Shown piece after piece: positions 7,656-14,688 of a DNA stretch of 14,688 nucleotides (positions are counted from its first letter, which is position 1; every line of letters begins with the position of its first letter). Below the pieces are notes generated by a model. It was not told the origin of the DNA, made no database searches, and saw nothing but the letters and a program-made list of their open reading frames with translations. The translations under genes were made by a program, and so were the position numbers. Origin of the DNA: Promethearchaeota archaeon (lineage in GTDB: Archaea > Asgardarchaeota > Lokiarchaeia > Sigyniarchaeales > SOKP01); assembly GCA_011364975.1 (NCBI GenBank), contig RDOE01000081.1:1-14688 (forward strand). Direction: 5' to 3'.

Positions 7656-7809
7656 TATAATTTGTTACCAAAATCATTTTAATTCTAATTTAAAACCATT
7701 TTAAAAGCTATAGATTTAATTATGTTAAAGTATCTATTCTTTATTACTAAATCTAATTACTATTACAATATTTTTTATATTTTTTAACTGTAATATGAAA
7801 TATAAATAG

Positions 7810-7866
7810 ATTAGAGGTTATCTCTAATAAAATTATGTAATAGATTTTGCAATCAAATCAAAATCT
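7810..7866. promoter_or_regulatory. two inverted repeats in a divergent promoter region
   Basis: ATTAGAG-N5-CTCTAAT (7810-7828) and AGATTTTG-N9-CAAAATCT (7842-7866). Confidence 0.3.
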
Positions 7867-8014
7867 TTTTAATTTACATTTAAATTAGTATAAGAAAAGA
7901 GAACTTTAAAAAGATTGAAGGATCGATACATAGATGATTAAAACCAAAAGAAATAACCAAATATTAGGATTCAAAAATCATAAACAATATCAATCATCTT
8001 AAATTTGATGTCCT

Positions 8015-8665
8015 ATGGACCCATTTATCATTTTAATAACCTATGGAATTTTATTTCTTGGAGAGTTAGGTGATAAAACGCAATTAATTGTATTCAATCT
8101 CGCATTAGATTATAATAAATTTTTTAAGGTAGGAATTGGGGCAACGCTAGGTTTTGCAGTTATAGTGACCATAGGAATACTATTTGGGTCATTTATTACA
8201 GTTTTAGTTCCATTAAGTCTCATTAAAATTATCTCTAGTATTGTTTTTATCATAATTGGGATATTTGAAGCGAGGAACATTAAATCTTTTTATCTAAACG
8301 AGCGAAAAATGAAATCAAAGGATAAAGCTATTAAAGAGTTCGAGAATAATGAAGGATCTACAAGCGTTAATGAATCTTCAAGATTTTCCTGGCTTAAAAA
8401 AAATCCTTATCTAGCAGGTTTTGGGTTTATCTTTCTTATGGAGCTTGGTGATAAAACACAAATTCTAACGATTTCACTTGCTTCCATTCACAATGCTCCG
8501 TTAGAAGTCTGGTTAGGGGCGTTTCTCGCACTTACCAGTGTAGCGTGGATAGGAATTTTCGCTGGGGCTTTTATCGCGAGAAAAGTACCGAAGTTCTACT
8601 TAAAAGTTCTTTCGATAACAATTTTTATTTTAGTAGGGATATTAGTATTGACAGGCATTATATAG
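8015..8665 (+). CDS. TMEM165/GDT1 (UPF0016) family Ca2+/Mn2+ transporter
   Basis: Two copies of the family signature ELGDKTQ, in two 3-TM halves separated by a charged loop. Confidence 0.95.
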   Translation: MDPFIILITYGILFLGELGDKTQLIVFNLALDYNKFFKVGIGATLGFAVIVTIGILFGSFITVLVPLSLIKIISSIVFIIIGIFEARNIKSFYLNERKMKSKDKAIKEFENNEGSTSVNESSRFSWLKKNPYLAGFGFIFLMELGDKTQILTISLASIHNAPLEVWLGAFLALTSVAWIGIFAGAFIARKVPKFYLKVLSITIFILVGILVLTGII

Positions 8666-8675
8666 AAAATAATAA

Positions 8676-8683
8676 TTATATAA
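8676..8683 (+). promoter_or_regulatory. TATA box, probable leaderless transcript of the Fe-S gene
   Basis: TTATATAA ends 25 nt before ATG 8709, and no SD is visible. Confidence 0.5.
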
Positions 8684-8708
8684 TACTTCAAATCAATGTA
8701 TAATTATA

Positions 8709-9812
8709 ATGTCCGAAAAAGTATGGTTTAAGGTAGCTAAATTAATTGTCAGGGCAAGCGGTAATCCTCTTTTTCAAGCAAATGAAACTTTAGTTGAACT
8801 CTTACAAACTCTTTTAGATGAAGAGCAAGTTAATTTTTTACTTAATTTTAGAAAACCTAACCTAACATTTCAAGAGTTGAAACAAAAGACTGGCTTTAAT
8901 GACGCTTATTTAATGAATATGTTGAATTCATTAATGGATAATGGAATTCTTATGGATTTCCCGATTGAGAACACCAATATAATGGAATATCGTCTGTTGT
9001 CACCCGTTGCAGATACATTTGAATATTCTCTAATAAGATTTGATCGTCCAATTGACCAAAAAAAAAAATTAGCACGGATTTACGAGAAAATGTTTAAAGA
9101 AGCAACTGAGTTGACTCAAACTAATTATGAAGGATTATTGCCAATATTCAAAGATAAAATGCCTATTTTTGCCAGGGTTATTCCAATCGAAAAAGAATTG
9201 ACCACACCTCAAGAAAAAGTATTACCTTTTCATGAAGCTTCTAAAATTATAGATCAACAGGATATAATATCCATCTCCGAATGTCCTTGTAAGCTTGAGA
9301 GAGCTCTCTTAGGCAATACTTGTAAAACAGCTAGTGATAGATTTAGATGCTTGCATTTTGGGAATTTTGGTCGTTATTTTATTGAACATAATCTTGGCAA
9401 GTCAATCTCAAAGGACGAAGCAAAACGAATTTTACAAGAAGCAGAAGAAGAAGGACTTATTCATAAGACTTTTCATGATGATTTTGATTTCGATAAGAAG
9501 GAAAATTCGATATGTAATTGTTGCAAGTGTTGTTGCATTCTCTTTCAGAGTTATTATCGCGGGATTTTTGCATTTCATACTTTAACATCGTACATCACGA
9601 AAAGAGATGAGAGTAAATGCGTAAGTTGCGGAATTTGTGCCGAGAAGTGTCCAATCGAGGCAATATCTTTGATAGACGGGATAGTCCATGATGATGTGCA
9701 TAAATGTATAGGTTGTGGCGTTTGTGTTCACCATTGTCCCGAAGATGCTAGGTCTTTAGAACGAACAGAACCAAGAGAAATCTATCTTCCACCACCTGTA
9801 ATCAAAGAATAA
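8709..9812 (+). CDS. Cys-rich 4Fe-4S dicluster (ferredoxin-domain) protein with wHTH-like N-terminus
   Basis: C-terminal CVSCGICAEKCP and CIGCGVCVHHCP; central ECPC...C...C...CNCCKCCC; N-terminal TFQELKQKTG...LNSLMDNGIL. Confidence 0.9.
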   Translation: MSEKVWFKVAKLIVRASGNPLFQANETLVELLQTLLDEEQVNFLLNFRKPNLTFQELKQKTGFNDAYLMNMLNSLMDNGILMDFPIENTNIMEYRLLSPVADTFEYSLIRFDRPIDQKKKLARIYEKMFKEATELTQTNYEGLLPIFKDKMPIFARVIPIEKELTTPQEKVLPFHEASKIIDQQDIISISECPCKLERALLGNTCKTASDRFRCLHFGNFGRYFIEHNLGKSISKDEAKRILQEAEEEGLIHKTFHDDFDFDKKENSICNCCKCCCILFQSYYRGIFAFHTLTSYITKRDESKCVSCGICAEKCPIEAISLIDGIVHDDVHKCIGCGVCVHHCPEDARSLERTEPREIYLPPPVIKE

Positions 9813-9951
9813 CAACTTTTATCCAAATTATTATCTGGGAGTATTATAAATTCTTAGATAGAGAATTTTAAAAATTTAGAAAAATAAAGGATATTATTAA
9901 AAATAATTTGGTGGTGAAATCAATATTTCTTTTTTAGAAATTTTACCAAGT

Positions 9952-10827
9952 ATGATTGGTTATATTATGCTTATTTTAGCATTGATTCATGCGTTATATG
10001 ATGCAAAGAATAACCGAATACAACGATTATTAATGCTAATTACCCTCTTTATATATGGATTTTTGCTAGAATATCTAGGTGTTAGCGCTGGAAATTATAC
10101 TTATGCTTCAGAAACAATTATGCTATTTGAAATAATTCCTTTATCTGTTACCTGCGCATGGGTTGGTATTATTTATAGTATAATGCTAATCGGTGATTTT
10201 TTAGAATTATCTCCTCTTATGCGCATTATCACAACTACTTTAATAGCTTTGAGCATAGATTGGGGGATGGATCCAATTGCAGTTGAGCTTGGAGCTTGGA
10301 CTTGGACAATTGAAGGTCAATACTATGGGATTCCCGGTTTTAACTTTATAGGGTGGTTTTTCATTCCAATAGCATATCTTCTGCCCTATGAAATAGTATG
10401 GAATAAAGAAATTAAAAAGGTACAGCTATTAACTATTAAGCAAATAGACGATCACCAAACCCTAACCCGAAAATTATATACTTTGTTAGTTATTGTACCG
10501 ATAGCTGTGGGCTTTTTAATTCTGGTAGGAATTATCTCAAGAATTCCAATTTTATACAACATGAATGTTATTGCTCTCTCGATTTGGGCGATTTTAACCG
10601 TTGTAATTTCAGCAGCTATTATTAGTTGGAAGCGTAGGAATTTAAATCGGAAAAAGTTGTATGAGTTGATTCCTCCAATTATATTATTGTTGTTAGCAGT
10701 TCTCTATACTTTTTATGGATTTTTCATCGGGCGTATAGATTTAGGATTTCTTATGTTATTAACGGGAATACCAATATGGTTAATTTTTTCATTTATGGTA
10801 TTAAATAAAACTAGCAGAGAAAAATAA
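9952..10827 (+). CDS. CruF/DUF422-like (carotenoid hydratase family) integral membrane protein with extra C-terminal TM helices
   Basis: Motifs LEYLGV, Y.Y, IPLSV..AW, DWGMDP.AV..G.W.W, YYGIPGFNFIGWF; many TM segments. Possible upstream ATT start at 9925. Confidence 0.75.
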   Translation: MIGYIMLILALIHALYDAKNNRIQRLLMLITLFIYGFLLEYLGVSAGNYTYASETIMLFEIIPLSVTCAWVGIIYSIMLIGDFLELSPLMRIITTTLIALSIDWGMDPIAVELGAWTWTIEGQYYGIPGFNFIGWFFIPIAYLLPYEIVWNKEIKKVQLLTIKQIDDHQTLTRKLYTLLVIVPIAVGFLILVGIISRIPILYNMNVIALSIWAILTVVISAAIISWKRRNLNRKKLYELIPPIILLLLAVLYTFYGFFIGRIDLGFLMLLTGIPIWLIFSFMVLNKTSREK

Positions 10828-10899
10828 ACTGATCCAAATATTAATCAGATCTTCTATTTCTCGATCTATTATAATTATTTGTCAAAAATTTAGCGCCGT

Positions 10900-10916
10900 A
10901 ACCAAAGATTATATAA
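10900..10916 (+). promoter_or_regulatory. archaeal BRE-TATA promoter of the SIR2-TPR gene
   Basis: AACCAAAGA followed by TTATATAA (10909-10916); downstream AGGTGA SD (10969-10974) precedes ATG 10985. Confidence 0.55.
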
Positions 10917-10984
10917 TAAGAGAGAAATTATTCTACGCACCTCTTAATATTTAAGAGCAAGTGTTAGAAGGTGATTTTAAGAAA

Positions 10985-13420
10985 ATGAATTTAGAAGATT
11001 ATATTGTTAAACTTTCAGATGACGATAAAACATTCGATTTTTCATCTTTATTTTCTGAAAAGCAGATTTATACGTATTTAGTCGGAGCAGGAATTTCAAT
11101 GGACCCTCCAGCTAACGTACCATCCGCACGGATGTTTGTGAAGGAATTATTCAATTATTATGCTCCTAAAGAAGAAATTATGCATTTAGAACAATTGGAC
11201 TCTCTGAGATATGAATTCTTAGTTGAAAAAGTTCAGAATTTATTTGATAAAGACCTAAAATTTCTGGATTATCTTAACCTAGTAAAAGCACCAAATGCAA
11301 TTCATATATTCTTAGTTAATATGATAATGAGATATAATTATGTTATTACTACTAATTTTGATTACCTTATTGAGATGGCTATGAAAAATATACTTTCAAC
11401 ATACCCCTCATTTCATACTTATCATCAAAAGTTCATGATTATTATTACGAGAGATGACTATGAAAAAAATGTTAGATTGCAGTTCCCAGTAATTAAAATC
11501 CATGGTTCAAAATGGGATTGTATCAAGGGAAGGTTAACTTCAAAATCATTAATAACCACGATAAGTGCTCTTGGAAAAGAAAGAGAAAAAGGAAAAACTT
11601 TTGCAATTGAGCCTTATAAGAAAAAGTTGGTAGATTCAATTACCCGCGATCAAAATTTAGTAGTTATGGGTTATTCTGGAAGTGATGATTTTGATATTAG
11701 CCCAATGTTAAGAGAGTTAAACCTAAACAAAGCTCTTCTATGGATAGAACACGATCAGAATGTAGAAAGTGGAAAAGAGGAGGTTTATCAATATAAAGCT
11801 ATAAATAATTTGGCTGAAGTGAAATCATCTTTAGAAATTTCTAAATTAGATAAGTTCCTCATAGAATTGGCGTCAATTAAAAATCTAACGGTCTATAAAA
11901 TTAAGGCAAGAACGATTGATTTTGTAAAGACTAAACTGGCTCCAATTTATAGAGAAACCTTTAGCACATTAAAGAATGAGGATTCTAGTAATGCAATTAG
12001 TTTTAACGATTATATGAAAGAAAATCATTTTGAAGCCTCAGAATCCTCAAAGTATCGATTAGCTCATGAACTTTATTATGAATTAGGTGATATTGAATCA
12101 GCAGAAAGAACTGCTTTAAAGGGATTGATATTATCAAAAGCGGAGATTGAAAAAGTAAATCAAGCATACTTTACTAATGCACTTGGGTTGATTGAGCTTA
12201 CCAAAGGCGATAATGAGAAGGCATTTGCTCAATTTGAGGAAACCCTTCAATTAATTGAAAATACGAATCAAATTAATGAAAAAGCAGCAGTCTTCAATAA
12301 TCTCGCAGAAATTTATAGAAAAAAAGGCGATATTAAAAACCAATTTACTAATTTAACTAAAGCAGCTAACTTACTTAATGACGATTCTCCAAACTTATTA
12401 AAATTCCTAATCTTAAATAGTTTAGGTGTTTTTTATAGGAGTAATGGGGATATAAAAAATGCTATTAAAAATATTGAAGCTGCACTTAAAATTGCTGAAA
12501 AAACAGGAGATTTATCTAATAAGGCATTATGTTATAATAATCTTGCAGGAATAAAAATGTCTCAAGGCTTATTAAATCCCGCTTTAAATTATGCTTCTGA
12601 AGCTCTTAAAATAGATGAACAACTAGGAGATTTAGACAATATGGCTTCTACATTAAATACGATTGGTAATATCTATCGAGTTGCAGGCTACTATGATCAA
12701 GCATTACAATACCTTCAAAGAGCATACCAAACTGCAACTAAAATTCAAAAATTCTCAGTTATTTCCTTGGCCGTAAATGCGATTGGTGTTATCTATTTTC
12801 AATTAGGAAAGCTTGATCTCGCTATGGAGAAATATAATGAAGCGTTTGAAATCAGGAAAAAAACGGGAGATCTCTCAGGGCAAGCGACTAGTCTCAACAA
12901 TTTGAGTTTAATTTATCGTGCTAAGAGCGATTATAAAACAGCATTAGAATATTTAAACCAATCAATAGCAATCACTGAACAAATAGGTGAGAAAAATCAC
13001 CTAGGGCTGCGATACGGTAATCGAGCCTCAATTTACGAAGCACGAAAAGAATTTGAAAAAGCATTGGAAGAGTATAAAAAAGCACTTGCTATTGAACAAT
13101 CTTTAGAAAATCTGGAAGGAGTGGCAAACCAACTCACTAACATTGGGGGAATTTTAGGAGACTTGGGTCGATATGATGAAACATTAGAGCATTATAAGAA
13201 AGCACTTAATATAATGGAAAATTTAGGAATTAAACCTGGAATTGCGCAGGCTCTGAATAACTTAGGAATAATTTTTTATAAATATAAGAAAGATTATGAA
13301 AAATCCATTGATTATCTCCAACGAGCACTTGAAATCTATAAAGAATTAAATATCTCGAATATGATTATGACAACATTGAATAATTTAGACCATATTAAAC
13401 AAGAATTTGAATCAAAATAA
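10985..13420 (+). CDS. SIR2-like (SIR2_2) domain fused to a long TPR array
   Basis: LVGAGISM, ITTNFD, IKIHGS, MGYSGSDDFDI in the N-terminal ~300 aa; about 11 ~40-aa TPR repeats (e.g. ATSLNNLSLIY, AQALNNLGIIF). The track start is GTG 10961; the SD favours ATG 10985. Confidence 0.9.
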   Translation: MNLEDYIVKLSDDDKTFDFSSLFSEKQIYTYLVGAGISMDPPANVPSARMFVKELFNYYAPKEEIMHLEQLDSLRYEFLVEKVQNLFDKDLKFLDYLNLVKAPNAIHIFLVNMIMRYNYVITTNFDYLIEMAMKNILSTYPSFHTYHQKFMIIITRDDYEKNVRLQFPVIKIHGSKWDCIKGRLTSKSLITTISALGKEREKGKTFAIEPYKKKLVDSITRDQNLVVMGYSGSDDFDISPMLRELNLNKALLWIEHDQNVESGKEEVYQYKAINNLAEVKSSLEISKLDKFLIELASIKNLTVYKIKARTIDFVKTKLAPIYRETFSTLKNEDSSNAISFNDYMKENHFEASESSKYRLAHELYYELGDIESAERTALKGLILSKAEIEKVNQAYFTNALGLIELTKGDNEKAFAQFEETLQLIENTNQINEKAAVFNNLAEIYRKKGDIKNQFTNLTKAANLLNDDSPNLLKFLILNSLGVFYRSNGDIKNAIKNIEAALKIAEKTGDLSNKALCYNNLAGIKMSQGLLNPALNYASEALKIDEQLGDLDNMASTLNTIGNIYRVAGYYDQALQYLQRAYQTATKIQKFSVISLAVNAIGVIYFQLGKLDLAMEKYNEAFEIRKKTGDLSGQATSLNNLSLIYRAKSDYKTALEYLNQSIAITEQIGEKNHLGLRYGNRASIYEARKEFEKALEEYKKALAIEQSLENLEGVANQLTNIGGILGDLGRYDETLEHYKKALNIMENLGIKPGIAQALNNLGIIFYKYKKDYEKSIDYLQRALEIYKELNISNMIMTTLNNLDHIKQEFESK

Positions 13421-13486
13421 TTAAATCTCCATATTTAAAGGGCAATTTACTGAATTTAAGATATTATTCTAAAAAAGAAATTATTA

Positions 13487-13513
13487 GCGGAATAAATCTG
13501 CATATTATTCCGC
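13487..13513. terminator. perfect 9-bp inverted repeat, terminator- or operator-like
   Basis: GCGGAATAA-N9-TTATTCCGC, followed by T6 (13517-13522) on + and by a T-run on the minus strand. Confidence 0.5.
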
Positions 13514-13669
13514 AAATTTTTTGAATTCGTTTTAATCCTCTAAGTTATTTAGTTCATCAGAGTTTATATTAGGGTTCACTTTATTTGCTATTTTTATCAT
13601 TTCTTTAGCAACAAATTTTATTAGTTGACTTAGATTGCTTAATAATATTGATTATATATTTGATTAGAA

Positions 13670-14688
13670 ATGGCGCTGAAAGAATTAGGAATTGAATATA
13701 AAAAAATTGATCAATTATTTGTCGCAATATCTTCCTTTAAAGGCGAAATAGAAGATATTATTCCCAAAATAGACACCTTTTATAATAATTTCAAATTAGA
13801 TGAATCTGGACCTCCAATAGCGATAATAGATCACGGTGTTTATACTACAGGAGGTAAATATATTGAACTTTGTTTTCCTTTTAACCCCAAAAATGCAATG
13901 GTAGATATACCAACAAAATATATTGATATGATTGAAGCATTATCGATAATGCATCAAGGTCCTATCGAAAATTTAAATGAAACTTTTAAGATTATATTAA
14001 ACTATATGAAAGAGCGGTTAATATCTGGAACCGCATATTTACGCTTAGTTTTTCATAAATACAATCTTGAAAATCCAGAAGAAAATCAAATAGAAATTCA
14101 ATATCAACTTCATAAATGGGGTGATAGATTAAAGAAAGGTATGGATAAGGTTTTGGGTGAAAGCATGACAAATGAAATCCTAAAAGATAGGGAAACCTTA
14201 TTCACAATAGAATCTTCACAAAATGATCGGATTCAGTGGCTTAAAGCGATGTTAGATCGTTTGGATGCGATCTCAAATGAACAGCAGCACTATGATATAC
14301 TCTCTTGTTGTGCACATGAGTTCTCAAAAAAGCGTGTAGAGCATATGAGGAGCATATATGAAAAAACTGGAGATATAGATAAAGTAATTGAAGAGATGTA
14401 TCTGGATAATGATTGGTATGAAAAACCGATACGTAATGGGAATATTTTATATGTAACTAAAGTTCCTGCTGACCCTGAAGGGTATGAAAAAGCTCAATCT
14501 TTAGAAGAAAAGAAAAAAAGCTATTGCCATTGTCGTTTTATTAATACTAATTTTGATAAGGAAATTTCTCCTACTTTTTGTTATTGTGGTACAGGATGGT
14601 ATCGACAAATATGGGAAGGCATTTTAGAAAAACCAATTAAAGTAAGCGTATTGAAATCCCTTCTAAAAGGAGATGATTGTTGTGAATT
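13670..14688 (+). CDS. GyrI-like small-molecule-binding domain fused to a Cys-rich DUF6144/V4R-like domain, 3' partial
   Basis: Not in the track because no stop occurs in the window. Manual translation is open for 339 codons: MALKELGIEYKKID...GPPIAI...IELCFP...HQGPIENLNETF (GyrI-like), then SCCAH, YCHC, TFCYCGTGWY, SLLKGDDCCE. Confidence 0.85.
   Translation, partial: MALKELGIEYKKIDQLFVAISSFKGEIEDIIPKIDTFYNNFKLDESGPPIAIIDHGVYTTGGKYIELCFPFNPKNAMVDIPTKYIDMIEALSIMHQGPIENLNETFKIILNYMKERLISGTAYLRLVFHKYNLENPEENQIEIQYQLHKWGDRLKKGMDKVLGESMTNEILKDRETLFTIESSQNDRIQWLKAMLDRLDAISNEQQHYDILSCCAHEFSKKRVEHMRSIYEKTGDIDKVIEEMYLDNDWYEKPIRNGNILYVTKVPADPEGYEKAQSLEEKKKSYCHCRFINTNFDKEISPTFCYCGTGWYRQIWEGILEKPIKVSVLKSLLKGDDCCE

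Noticed and set aside
9058-9068. A11 homopolymer as a phase-variation or frameshift site
   Set aside because: It encodes QKKK in an intact frame; such runs are expected at this AT content and no alternative-frame product is evident.
9334-9585. 83-aa alternative-frame ORF inside the Fe-S gene
   Set aside because: Fully nested in a strongly supported CDS, with no motif or SD.
12100-13400. ~120-nt periodicity as a DNA repeat or CRISPR array
   Set aside because: Explained by degenerate 40-aa TPR repeats; there are no identical nucleotide repeats with spacers.

Overview
AT-rich (roughly 30% GC by eye), gene-dense chromosomal window. Archaeal signals (BRE-TATA boxes, GGTGA/GGAGG Shine-Dalgarno motifs, oligo-T terminators) and the gene mix suggest an Asgard archaeon (Lokiarchaeia-like); this is inference. 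In order: 5'-truncated TPR-like/vWA protein coupled to a 2TM-HAMP-only membrane protein; a 6-blade beta-propeller / hinge / adaptin-ear-like / platform-like / Zn-ribbon protein resembling BBSome (BBS2/7/9) and coatomer appendage architecture; a sensorless histidine kinase and a response regulator that gains an N-terminal ribbon-helix-helix domain if it starts at an ATT codon; an alpha/beta-hydrolase remnant missed by the ORF track; an SIS + PfkB pair; a TMEM165/GDT1 transporter; a Cys-rich 4Fe-4S protein; a CruF/DUF422-like membrane protein; a SIR2-TPR protein; and a 3'-truncated GyrI-like + Cys-rich protein also missed by the track. No rRNA, tRNA, CRISPR array or transposase is seen.
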